This document shows, in pieces, positions 1-10,466 of a stretch of 62,846 bases of DNA. Every line of letters begins with the position of its first letter. Within the stretch, counting starts at the first letter, position 1. The notes beneath the pieces are model-generated. The model was given only the letters and a program-made list of their open reading frames with translations. It had not been told where the DNA came from and did not search any database. The position numbers were made by a program, and so were the translations under genes. The stretch is taken from contig JAZDJA010000164.1 of NCBI GenBank assembly GCA_043804415.1, positions 1 to 62,846 on the forward strand, in the 5' to 3' direction. Source of the stretch: Candidatus Latescibacterota bacterium. GTDB lineage: Bacteria > Latescibacterota > 4484-107.

Positions 1-17
1 CTCCCCCCCCCCCCCCC
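1..17. repeat. poly(C) homopolymer at the contig edge (15 consecutive C at 3-17), most likely a sequencing or assembly end artefact
   Basis: Read directly from the first bases of the window. On the minus strand it turns the end of the nuclease reading frame into poly-Gly. Confidence 0.8.
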
Positions 18-223
18 GTACATCCAGTGCCCACAGCCCTTTCTCACACTCTCTGGCGTTCCGTTCGTAAAAGCGGAAGAGGTCCATATCCTGAAATGGG
101 AATTGGGTATAGACGCGTCCGTATCCTTTTCGCAGAATCTCCAGATTGACATAGAGCCCATCGAGCGCCCGGTATAGATAGTCCAATAGTCGGCCATATC
201 GGTCGAACTCAGGAGTTTCTGCC

Positions 224-598
224 TCATGCACGACATAGACGTATTCTCCCAGAAGAAGGTTTTTCAGAAAAGAACTGTCCTCCGGTCCGTAGGGTTGTGC
301 GGGGTTTTTGGGGATGAACGGTTTCAGGAGTATCTATCCCAATGAGGCGAACAGACGTCTGTTTGTCCTGGATCAATAAGACCACGGTATCACCATCCAC
401 CACCCGAACAACCTGATAAGACGGCTGTTCTCTGAAATCTCTAACCGGGATTTCAGGCGCTGACACGGAGGCAGGGACGGAACGCGCCAGCAGATCCCGA
501 TATCGTTTCTCGAAGCGCGCATTTTGGATCCAGAATAACGAACCGAAAAGAAGTGCGACCAATCCCACCGTTGCGACGGTTTTTGTCGAGGTCTTCAT
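224..598 (-). CDS. thermonuclease (staphylococcal nuclease / SNase-like) family protein with an N-terminal membrane anchor. The frame is broken near 301-304 and the C-terminal half continues in another frame down to about 18
   Basis: Hydrophobic N-terminus, then YQVVRVVDGDTVVLL...VRLIGIDTPE (SNase OB-fold signature). After HPQKP the listed frame is nonsense. The neighbouring minus frame of 18-300 reads AQPYGPEDSSFLKNLLLGEYVYVVHEAETPEFDRYGRLLDYLY...NLEILRKGYGRVY...ECEKGLWAL, the expected SNase C-terminal half. Confidence 0.8.
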   Translation of the reverse strand: MKTSTKTVATVGLVALLFGSLFWIQNARFEKRYRDLLARSVPASVSAPEIPVRDFREQPSYQVVRVVDGDTVVLLIQDKQTSVRLIGIDTPETVHPQKPRTTLRTGGQFFSEKPSSGRIRLCRA

Positions 599-621
599 GG
601 GGCCTCCGAGGCTGCTGCAGG

Positions 622-1500
622 CTATTTGGCCATGCGCCGATAGGCCTCCCTGTATTTTTCCATGGACTTCTGCACGACCTCATCCGGCAGCACAGGAGCC
701 GGCGGAGTCTTGTCCCAATCCAACGTTTCCAGATAATCGCGCACGAACTGCTTGTCCAAACTGTCCTGCGGGCGTCCCGGCTCATACTGATCTTTGGGCC
801 AGAACCGCGACGAATCGGACGAGAAGATCTCGTCAATGAGAATCACCCGCCCGTCGACCAAACCGAACTCGAACTTCGTATCTGCGATAATGATACCCCG
901 CCCATCCGCATACGCCCTGGCCTTCTCATATACAGAGAGGCTCAGATCCCTCAACTGAGTGGCCCGATCCGTTCCGATCAGGGCGGCCGCCTTCTCAATG
1001 GAGATGTTCTCATCGTGGCCGCTCTCTGCCTTCGTGGATGGGGTAAAGATCGGCTCCGGAAGCTTGTCCGCCTCGCGGAGTCCTCTGGGAAGCCGGATCC
1101 CGCAGATCAGTCCTGTGCGCTGGTATTCCCGCCAGCCCGATCCGGCCAGGTAGCCTCGCACCACACACTCTACGTCGAACCGGCAGGCTTTACGAACCAG
1201 CATGGATCGTCCTTCCAACAGTTCCCGGAAGCTCTGAAGCGCCGGAGGGTAGGCATTCACATCCGAGGTGATGAGGTGATTCTCGGCCACATCCGCCACC
1301 AGATCGAACCAGAACAACGACATCGCGGTCAGAATCTTTCCCTTGCCGGGTATGCCATTGGGCATCACACAATCGAACGCCGAAATCCGATCGCTTGCCA
1401 CAATAAGCAGTTGATCCCCCAAGTCGAATACATCGCGCACCTTCCCTTGCGTAAATCGTTTGATCCCAGGAAGATCTATCTTTGTGATCGCTTGCTCCAT
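622..1500 (-). CDS. purC: phosphoribosylaminoimidazole-succinocarboxamide (SAICAR) synthase
   Basis: 293 aa from ATG 1500, with a GGGGGA RBS-like run upstream. Motifs: GKVRDVFD, ASDRISAFD, IIADTKFEFG. The first 37 codons of the listed ORF (to 1611) look non-coding. Confidence 0.93.
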   Translation of the reverse strand: MEQAITKIDLPGIKRFTQGKVRDVFDLGDQLLIVASDRISAFDCVMPNGIPGKGKILTAMSLFWFDLVADVAENHLITSDVNAYPPALQSFRELLEGRSMLVRKACRFDVECVVRGYLAGSGWREYQRTGLICGIRLPRGLREADKLPEPIFTPSTKAESGHDENISIEKAAALIGTDRATQLRDLSLSVYEKARAYADGRGIIIADTKFEFGLVDGRVILIDEIFSSDSSRFWPKDQYEPGRPQDSLDKQFVRDYLETLDWDKTPPAPVLPDEVVQKSMEKYREAYRRMAK

Positions 1501-1881
1501 CTTTCCCCCATGTGTTCCTATCAGCGTGTTGATTCGTTGCCAGTTCCCGCTATGCGTGGCAGAATAGGTTGCCGACTCGCCTAAAATAATGACGAAGCTC
1601 CCGAAAAGCAAGAAAAAAAAGAATGTGGGTCATCTTCCCCTTTTTTCGCGCGGAGAGGAGGGTTGGTGCCTCGAGAAGATCTTTCTGGCCCTCTCCAGGT
1701 GGCTTTCTCCTTGTCCAAACAACAGGATGGTCCACGATCGGTTCGCGGAAGGATGTGAACCGTCTCTCGATAGGAAGTCCGGAAAATAAAGGGGGTCGCT
1801 TCTTGGAATGGGAGCTCCTTTTCTGGTGTTCTCGGTGTGTCAATCTTGTCCGACATCGCGTATCCCGAAACCTCTCTCTGC

Positions 1882-3438
1882 TTAGGGTTGTGGTTTCGCA
1901 TCCTCCGCCAAGCAGGCCTGGTGTTTCGCTTTCCGGTATAGCGACACGTATTCGGCCGCAGAGCTCATCCACGAAAAATCCTGTTTCATCCCGGTCCGCA
2001 TTAACTGCAGCCAAGTCTCCCGATCCTGATAGGTGGCCACGGCCAATTTGATCGCGACGAGCAACGCGCCTCCCGAATACTCCCGAAACACAAATCCATT
2101 GGCCGTCCCCTGTTGGGCATTTTTCGGGGAATAATCCACAATGGTGTCCGCCAGCCCTCCGGTGGCGTGTACGATGGGCACGGCCCCATACTTTAGGCTG
2201 TATAGTTGATTCAGTCCGCAAGGCTCGTACCGGGACGGCATCAGAAACATGTCCGATCCCGCCTCGACCCGATGTGCCAAGGCGTTATCAAAGGTCAGAT
2301 GAACGGCCATTTTCTTGGGATAGCGCTTTGAGATCTGATCGAACAGGGCATGGTATTTGGGCATCCCCGTTCCGAGAAGCACCATTTGGAGGTCCAAACC
2401 CATAATCTGCTCAATCACCTCTCCAATCAGATCGCATCCTTTCTGGTTCGTCAGGCGCGAGATGATTCCGATCAGCGGAACGCCCCGATGCGGGAGTCCA
2501 CTCTCTTTCTGAAGGGCGGCCTTGCACGCCTGCTTCCCCTTCAGATGGTCCGGGCCGAAATTTTGGGCGATGTGTCGATCTGTCTCCGGATTCCAAACGC
2601 TGTAGTCAATACCGTTGAGCACACCGTAGAGAGCGTCCGATCTCGATGCAAGGAGCCCAGAAAGCCCGCATCCGAGTTCTTCGGTCTGAATCTCTTTGCC
2701 ATACTGCCTGCTCACGGTGTTGAGCACATCCGCGTATACGATCCCGCCTTTCATCAGATTGAGCTTCCCGTGAAACTCCAGTTTCTCCGGAACAAATTCA
2801 TCCCAATTCAATCCCGTCAGGGGAAGCAACTCGCTCTCAAATGTGCCTTGAAAGGCCAGATTGTGGATGGTGAGCACGGTTCCCATGCCCTCGAAAAAAG
2901 AATCATTGGCATACAGCGTTTTCAGGTACACGGGGATCAGCGCGGTCTGCCAATCGTTGACGTGGATTACGTCCGGTTTCCAATCAAGAGCTTTCAGGGC
3001 CTCCAACGTTCCTCTGCAGAAAAAGGTGAACCGTGCGAGGTTATCTCTGTAATCCTCTCCGGCCTCCTGGTATAGTTGCTCGCGGTTGAAGTAGCCTTCC
3101 TGAGCGATGAACAGGACGGGAATGACGGATTTCGGGGCGGGGCTCTCCTGGGTGCATGAAGCATTTGCTCTCTCTTTGCACTCTCCTCCTTCGATCTTGC
3201 CGGTCCACAGGGCCCCTTTCACCGTTCGATGGGAAATGGGGACCTCCAGTGGGGCCAGCATTTTCAGTCCGTGTTTCTCCTCGTCTATGGCCGCATATTT
3301 GGGCATGGCTACGCGCACGTCGTGTCCCAGTCCGGAAAGCGCGAGGGGCAAAGAACCCGCCACGTCTCCCAGCCCGCCGGTCTTAGCAAATGGGGCCACT
3401 TCCGAGGAGCAGATCAGAATTTTCAGGGGGACACTCAT
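1882..3438 (-). CDS. glgA: glycogen (starch) synthase, ADP-glucose type, GT5 family
   Basis: 518 aa. N-terminal KILICSSEVAPFAKTGGLGDV (KTGGL motif) and C-terminal HATGGLADT. Confidence 0.93.
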   Translation of the reverse strand: MSVPLKILICSSEVAPFAKTGGLGDVAGSLPLALSGLGHDVRVAMPKYAAIDEEKHGLKMLAPLEVPISHRTVKGALWTGKIEGGECKERANASCTQESPAPKSVIPVLFIAQEGYFNREQLYQEAGEDYRDNLARFTFFCRGTLEALKALDWKPDVIHVNDWQTALIPVYLKTLYANDSFFEGMGTVLTIHNLAFQGTFESELLPLTGLNWDEFVPEKLEFHGKLNLMKGGIVYADVLNTVSRQYGKEIQTEELGCGLSGLLASRSDALYGVLNGIDYSVWNPETDRHIAQNFGPDHLKGKQACKAALQKESGLPHRGVPLIGIISRLTNQKGCDLIGEVIEQIMGLDLQMVLLGTGMPKYHALFDQISKRYPKKMAVHLTFDNALAHRVEAGSDMFLMPSRYEPCGLNQLYSLKYGAVPIVHATGGLADTIVDYSPKNAQQGTANGFVFREYSGGALLVAIKLAVATYQDRETWLQLMRTGMKQDFSWMSSAAEYVSLYRKAKHQACLAEDAKPQP

Positions 3439-5077
3439 GGCGGGTCATTCCTTTCTTGGTCAATGGAAAGAACGCCAAACACCCAGCGGACAAGGGGAAC
3501 AGAGCGGAAAGCATCGCAAAGGCAGCGCATGACGCGGGAAGGCAAGAATCCAGCAGAGCGATTCGGCCTCCTGACGGGACGGTTTTCCTGTCCTCGGCCT
3601 GTTTTCGAGGGAGCGCAGAGGTTGCCTTCGGTGGAACTTCCAGCCACATGGTAATCGTCTTGAGCGTCAACAGCCGCGCGGCAGCCATTCGGCCCTTCGG
3701 ATCACAGAAGGCACCAGCCCCAGGGTGATCACCAGAAGAACGACCATGACCGCGCAAAGGAGCAGGAGGGAATCGTAACTGCTCATGGGCATCCCCCCAC
3801 AGCGACCAAGTGTCACGCAACAGCCCTGCTCCCAGCACCCATGCGCTCAGCATTCCCGAAACCCCCATCCCTCCATACTGGAGGGTGGCCATAGCCGCTG
3901 CTGCGAGACTTTTGTTTTCCTTGGGGAGGAGTGCCAGTATTTCCGTTGAAAGTGCAATGGACAACGCTGAAATCACCACGCCGAAGAGAAAATGGGTGGG
4001 TCCCATGACAAGGACGGAGGGAATCTGAAACAGGCCGCGGAACAGAGAGAGGGACAGGATTGCTCCGAAGGAAAAATGGCACGCGAGGAACACCGATTTG
4101 GTGCCCACGCGATCCACGATCCAGCCGCCTATCAGAAAGCCGAGCAGGGAGCCGATCATCGACAAATTGGCCATCCAAACCACCAGACCGTCCCCGTAGA
4201 ACAGGATCTTCTTTTCGATCAATCCCAGAAGCACCCCGCTGTTTGCCGTGAAGAGCGTCAGCAGGAACAAGTAACAGGAGAAGGAGGCAAACCCTTCCAG
4301 CCGAAAGATGTCGACCAGGGATGTCCTCACCCCAACCCGATGAGCGGTCGGGCCTTCCACCTCAGGAATCCCTCGATACAGAAGGAGACGCCCGATCTGG
4401 GACGCTACCACGACCACGAACACAAGCTGGAAGGTCCCCACAGGAGTGTCTTTTGACAGCAAAAGACCACAGAGACCGGCAAAGACAATCCCCACAGTCC
4501 GCCACGATATGCGCAATTTCGCGAAGAAACGGCCCCGCTCTTCCTGCGGCACGATCGGGCTGAGCAGGGCCAGCCACCCAGCGGAAAACATGGCCATCCC
4601 CATGGCGAAAAGGGTGGCCCCGCCGCCGATCAGCAGGGGACCCATCCGGGACTGAAAAGATCCTGCCAGGGCGATCGCCGCAAATCCCACCACAGTGCAC
4701 GTGAGGCCGATCCTTCCCACGAGTTTCTTTCCGTGGCCGTCTGCCCACCAGGCTGCGGGAAGCACGAGGATGGCCTGCGCGAGCGGAAGGATCGCAAGAT
4801 ACATCAAGATCCGGGATCGGCCCATACCCATGGTGGCCAAATAGAGCAACACAAAATTGCTTTCAAAGCTCTGGGAGCCGAGCGCGCCCGAACACTGGGC
4901 CAAAGTGATCGCGCGCATGGCTCGGAGCCGCGATACGCTGTTGAGTGGGGTATCCGTATCCAAAGAGTGTTCCTGGCCGAGGATGTCCAAGTTGAGAAAG
5001 ATGCCAAATCGGGGCATGATGGCGTCGATTGGAAGAGGGTAAAACACCGGCTTGCGGCGCAAACTCCGGCCTTGCAC
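3383..5077 (-). CDS. MFS-type transporter. The ORF as assembled carries a probable 1-nt indel at the C6 run 3794-3799, and the corrected product would stop at 3667
   Basis: Multi-TM hydrophobic profile through ...AWVLGAGLLRDTWSLWG. The remaining about 130 codons are non-hydrophobic and overlap the glgA start. The adjacent minus frame reads MSSYDSLLLLCAVMVVLLVITLGLVPSVIRRAEWLPRGC-stop, a proper last TM helix. Start is uncertain (GTG 5077 or ATG 5017). Confidence 0.75.
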   Translation of the reverse strand: MQGRSLRRKPVFYPLPIDAIMPRFGIFLNLDILGQEHSLDTDTPLNSVSRLRAMRAITLAQCSGALGSQSFESNFVLLYLATMGMGRSRILMYLAILPLAQAILVLPAAWWADGHGKKLVGRIGLTCTVVGFAAIALAGSFQSRMGPLLIGGGATLFAMGMAMFSAGWLALLSPIVPQEERGRFFAKLRISWRTVGIVFAGLCGLLLSKDTPVGTFQLVFVVVVASQIGRLLLYRGIPEVEGPTAHRVGVRTSLVDIFRLEGFASFSCYLFLLTLFTANSGVLLGLIEKKILFYGDGLVVWMANLSMIGSLLGFLIGGWIVDRVGTKSVFLACHFSFGAILSLSLFRGLFQIPSVLVMGPTHFLFGVVISALSIALSTEILALLPKENKSLAAAAMATLQYGGMGVSGMLSAWVLGAGLLRDTWSLWGDAHEQLRFPPAPLRGHGRSSGDHPGAGAFCDPKGRMAAARLLTLKTITMWLEVPPKATSALPRKQAEDRKTVPSGGRIALLDSCLPASCAAFAMLSALFPLSAGCLAFFPLTKKGMTRHECPPENSDLLLGSGPIC

Positions 5078-5258
5078 AACTCTCGGCCCATCATCAAGCC
5101 GCCGCTTGGTGGCAGCGAGCCCCCTCGCTGGTTTATCCCCTTCCCCCGTGCGGAGTCATCCAAGTCACATACAAGGCGGCCATCCTGTTTCGACGACCGC
5201 CCCGGATTTTCAAAGGAATGCCCCCGTTCCATTTTGGTTACAGGAAGTCCCTCCTCAA

Positions 5259-6581
<1,323 letters not shown>

Positions 6582-6908
6582 TCACTGATGGGCATGATGA
6601 TCGTGTCGTCCACTGATCCTATTCGTCTCCATCCGGGGATTGGCATGAGTTGCAGGAGAAAAGAGGAGATCATCCACGGGCAAACAGTACAACATTTCGA
6701 GGGAAGAATCAAGGGAAAAGAGGGGGAAAGGCGGAAAAGATTCCCATTTCGATGAGCGGGTGAAATAGGGGAAGGGTGGGGAAGCGGCTCCACCGAACCG
6801 GGGATCCGGCAAGGGATGCACACTTCCTCATCGGCGGAACGAACGCAGCTCCAGTCCTATTTTTCTCCGGAAACCCGGCCATGTTCCTCCGGACGACACG
6901 CAGTGGGA

Positions 6909-8051
6909 TCACGACGAGCCCATGATCGCGAGGTCGTCCCGATGCACGATCTCGTCGTGGTATTTGTATCCCAGGATGTCCTGAATCTGAGAAGTCTTTC
7001 GTCCCCCAATCTTCGCCAAGTCGGCCGCAGAATAGTTCACCAATCCTCTGCCCAGTTCGGCTTTGGACTCGTCCACGATTCGCACCATATCTCCCCGCTG
7101 AAAATCCCCCTCGATTCCCACGATTCCCGAGGGCAACAGGCTCTTCCCCTTCTCCACGAGCGCGGCTTTTGCCCCGGCATCCACAATCAGCTTCCCCCGC
7201 TCCTGTAGGTTGAACGCGATCCATCGTTTGCGGCTGGTCATTTTGTCCGCGCAGGGCAGAAAGAGGGTTCCTTTTTCCTGGCCTGCCAGGATTTCGATCA
7301 AACTATCGCACTTCCCATTGGCGATGATCATCATGTTCCCGCCGCCGGTGACGATCTTTGCCGCTTCGATCTTGGTGCGCATGCCGCCTACCCCCACTTC
7401 GCTGCCCGGACTTCCCGCCAGGGCCTCAACCTCCGGCCCGATCTGTTCTACGCAGCGGATCAATAGGGGGTTAGCGCTCTTTCTGGGATCGCACGAATAG
7501 AGGCCGTCTATGTCGGTGAAGATAACAAGAAGCTCCGCTCCGACCAAATGCGTCACATGGGCGGACAGGGTATCGTTGTCTCCGATTTTGATCTCCTCTG
7601 TCGCAACGCTGTCGTTTTCGTTGACGATGGGGATGGCACCGTAATTGAAAAGCTCCTCAAAAGTGTCCCGGAGGCTCAGATAGCGCGCCCGGTTGTTGAG
7701 GATGTCCTCCGCATTGAGGAGTACCTGAGCTATGGGGGTGCGGTGGCGCGCAAACGCCAGTTCGTAGCGGTGCATGAGTTGGTTTTGTCCCACTGCCGCG
7801 GCGGCTTGGAGCTGGGGGATGGATTTGGGGCGCGTGCGGAGTTTCAGTCGTCCCATGCCCGCTCCGATCGCTCCGGAGGAGACCAAGGTCGCTCGGATGC
7901 CCCTCGCTTTCAATTGGGCGATTTCATCCGCCAGGCGCTGTACCACGGTTTCGTCCGGGGCGTGGTCCTCAGCAGTCAGCACGTGGGTGCCCACCTTGAC
8001 CACGATGTTCCTCAAGGGAGCGAAGAGCGTTTTTCTGTCTGGGGTGATCAT
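6909..8051 (-). CDS. proB: glutamate 5-kinase with C-terminal PUA domain
   Basis: 380 aa. Motifs: VVKVGTHVLT, LVSSGAIGAG. PUA-like C-terminus GKSLLPSGIVGIEGDFQRGDMVRI. Confidence 0.92.
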   Translation of the reverse strand: MITPDRKTLFAPLRNIVVKVGTHVLTAEDHAPDETVVQRLADEIAQLKARGIRATLVSSGAIGAGMGRLKLRTRPKSIPQLQAAAAVGQNQLMHRYELAFARHRTPIAQVLLNAEDILNNRARYLSLRDTFEELFNYGAIPIVNENDSVATEEIKIGDNDTLSAHVTHLVGAELLVIFTDIDGLYSCDPRKSANPLLIRCVEQIGPEVEALAGSPGSEVGVGGMRTKIEAAKIVTGGGNMMIIANGKCDSLIEILAGQEKGTLFLPCADKMTSRKRWIAFNLQERGKLIVDAGAKAALVEKGKSLLPSGIVGIEGDFQRGDMVRIVDESKAELGRGLVNYSAADLAKIGGRKTSQIQDILGYKYHDEIVHRDDLAIMGSS

Positions 8052-8188
8052 ACGATTGCATCCTTCCCCTTCCGGGGAATGTGATGGGTCAAGTCCCAGG
8101 CGCCATAGAGCGGAGGCCTATGGCCACGAGCCGGCCAGGATACAGGGCAGGGAGTGCCTTGCGCCTCAGATAGCTGTTCTATCGCGGA

Positions 8189-8528
8189 TCATAGGGGTCG
8201 TCCTTCCAACGCCAGATAGCTGCCAAGCTCCTCCATCAACGCCGCGAACCGGTCGCTTCCGATCCGGTTCCTTTACCTCGACGCGTGTCTGCTGGCTCCA
8301 AGCTTTGGTCCGATCAGCTTGAAGGGTTTGGGAATGGACACCACGCGCTCCACGCCGGGTACGGACTCCAGAACCTGAAGCCGGGTTTTGCCCCGCTCAT
8401 CGCCGATGGCGCCCATCGGCTCGCTCCACCCCGTAGATCGGATGGACTGGATACCCCATCTCGCGGATCGGGCCGAATACGTGTTCGATCTGTTCTTTGG
8501 GGGCTCCGCGCTCCATGACGATGATCAT
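8189..8528 (-). pseudogene. remnant of a DAHP synthase (Thermotoga-type AroF/AroG with N-terminal ferredoxin-like regulatory domain). Only the first ~100 codons are present, with at least 2 frameshifts
   Basis: My own translation of three minus frames gives MIIVMERGAPKEQIEHVFGPIREMGYPVHPIYGVERA / MGAIGDERGKTRLQVLESVPGVERVVSIPKPFKLI / ..LEPADTRVEVK..NRIGSDRFAAL, then a stop. This matches the regulatory domain plus linker of type I-beta DAHP synthases. There is no room for the ~260-aa catalytic barrel before proB. Confidence 0.55.
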
Positions 8529-8647
8529 GGTGTCTATCGTTGTATGAGACACGGATTACACGCGTTGCACGGATTCTGGCAGATCAAGAATTGAAAAGGA
8601 TTTATCCGTGTTTGTCCGTGAGATCCGTGTCCCATTCAGTCTCTTCT

Positions 8648-9409
8648 TCAGGTGCGCACCACCACGCCGCGTTCGGCCAGATGGTCCTTCACCTCGCGGA
8701 TCGAATACTCTCTGAAGTGGAAAATGGAGGCTCCGAGGGCCGCGCTGGCTTTGCCTTCGGTGAGCACCTCGTGGATGTGTTCCAGATTGCCGCAGCCGCC
8801 TGAAGCCACCACGGGGATGTTCACCGCCTCCGAGATCGCGCAGGTCAGGGCAATGTCGTATCCGTCCTTGGTACCATCCCTGTCAATGCTGTTGGCTACG
8901 ATTTCACCGGCACCCAGAGCCTCCCCCTGCTGCACCCATTCGATCACATCGATGCCGGTGGGGGTGCGCCCTCCGTGGATAAACACTTCCCATCCCACTC
9001 CGGAGGCTTTTCGCTGGGCATCTACAGACAGCACGATGCACTGGTTTCCAAAACTTTCCGCGCCGTGCGTGATCAGTTCGGGATGCTCCACCGCGGCGGT
9101 ATTGATGGAAATCTTGTCCGCGCCGCCCTGGATGATCTCCGTGATATCCTCCAGGGTGCGGATGCCGCCACCCACGGTAAACGGAATGAAGACCTGTTCC
9201 GACACGCGTTTTACCATGTCCACGACAATGGCGCGGTGGTCGGAGGAGGCGGTGATGTCGTAGAATACCAGCTCGTCGGCCTCCTCCTGATCATAGAACT
9301 TGGCCTGCTCCACCGGATCGCCGGCATCCACATGGGCTACGAATTTAACGCCTTTGATAACCCGCCCGCGGTTTACGTCCAGGCAGGGGATGATGCGTTT
9401 GGCCAACAT
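8648..9409 (-). CDS. hisF: imidazole glycerol phosphate synthase, cyclase subunit
   Basis: 253 aa. Motifs: [29 protein letters not shown]. Confidence 0.95.
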   Translation of the reverse strand: MLAKRIIPCLDVNRGRVIKGVKFVAHVDAGDPVEQAKFYDQEEADELVFYDITASSDHRAIVVDMVKRVSEQVFIPFTVGGGIRTLEDITEIIQGGADKISINTAAVEHPELITHGAESFGNQCIVLSVDAQRKASGVGWEVFIHGGRTPTGIDVIEWVQQGEALGAGEIVANSIDRDGTKDGYDIALTCAISEAVNIPVVASGGCGNLEHIHEVLTEGKASAALGASIFHFREYSIREVKDHLAERGVVVRT

Positions 9410-9493
9410 AGGTTAGGTCCTGGTCTCGGGTGAGTGGTGAGTAGTCGGTGGTGAGGGATGAGAGGCGAGCAGGGAGCGATACCCCTGGCTGGG

Positions 9494-10216
9494 TCAGATC
9501 AGCGCAAGCGCCTCCTTCAAGTCGATCGCGCCTTCATAGAGTGCCTTGCCGATGATCATGCTGTCCACACCGAAAGGTTCCAATGCCGCAACGTGCTGCA
9601 CATCCTCCAGCGCGGAGATGCCCCCGGAAGCGGTCACCTTCATGGCGCTTTGCTGGGCAATCTCCTGGGTGGCGTCCAGGTTCGGCCCGACCATCATCCC
9701 GTCCTTGGATATGTCGGTATAGATGACACGTGCTACGCCAAGCCTCTTCATCTGCATCGCCAGATCCAGGGCGGACACTTCGGAGACTTCCTCCCATCCT
9801 TTGACCGCGACTTTCCCTTCGTGCGCGTCTATGCCTACGACGATTTTCTCCGGCCCGAAGCGCTCGAGGGTCTTTCGGACCCATTCGGGTTCGGTGATCG
9901 CCACGGTCCCGAGGATGACCCGATCCAATCCGAGACCCAAAAGCCGGATGATTGTGCCCACGTCCCGAATGCCACCTCCCAGCTCGGCGGGGATGTCGAT
10001 GGCCCGGATGATGGCCCGGATCGCCTCGACATTGGAGGACTGGCCCTCAAACGCGCCGTCCAGATCAACGAGGTGGAGATAGGAGGCACCCTCGTTTTGC
10101 CATCTTACGGCCATCCGGGCCGGATCGTCCGAATAGATCGTTTCGCGGTCCTTCTTCCCCTGAAGGAGACGGACGCACTTTCCATCTTTAAGATCTATGG
10201 CGGGCAGTATTTGCAT
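9494..10216 (-). CDS. hisA: 1-(5-phosphoribosyl)-5-[(5-phosphoribosylamino)methylideneamino]imidazole-4-carboxamide isomerase
   Basis: 240 aa from ATG 10216. Motifs: MQILPAIDLKDGKCVRL, ELGGGIR, TASGGIS. The 51 upstream codons of the listed ORF look non-coding. Confidence 0.93.
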   Translation of the reverse strand: MQILPAIDLKDGKCVRLLQGKKDRETIYSDDPARMAVRWQNEGASYLHLVDLDGAFEGQSSNVEAIRAIIRAIDIPAELGGGIRDVGTIIRLLGLGLDRVILGTVAITEPEWVRKTLERFGPEKIVVGIDAHEGKVAVKGWEEVSEVSALDLAMQMKRLGVARVIYTDISKDGMMVGPNLDATQEIAQQSAMKVTASGGISALEDVQHVAALEPFGVDSMIIGKALYEGAIDLKEALALI

Positions 10217-10466
10217 TGTGTTCCCTGTTCTTTCCATGGAGACAACCCGTGCGATAAGGCGGCCCAAACAATGCGGAAAACGGGACACGGAGGGTATGGA
10301 TGTGGACGGGTCTGAACAAGGACTTCTATCTGCAGATCCGATCCATCCCGACGCGCTTTGCCTTTGCACCCATCCTGCCCACCCGGCATGTTGGCGCAGC
10401 TACACAGCAGAACATCCACGAGGATGTCCTGGATGTTCCACAGATCTTTGTGGCGGCGGATGTTTC

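Noticed and set aside
9428-9470. GGTGAGTGG(T/C)GAGT-type G/T/A-only repeats in the hisF-hisA spacer and again at 31296-31330 between cobO and the homocysteine methyltransferase gene.
   Set aside because: The tracts are short and degenerate and lie in opposite orientation relative to the flanking operons. I cannot distinguish them from compositional low complexity without genome-wide counts.
10217-10466. A 250-nt gap inside the hisH-hisA operon, and the N-terminal extension of the listed hisA ORF, as a possible extra domain or small gene.
   Set aside because: The extension has no homology-like features. HisA begins canonically at MQILPAIDLKDG with an upstream purine-rich RBS. I saw only a short local hairpin and nothing diagnostic.
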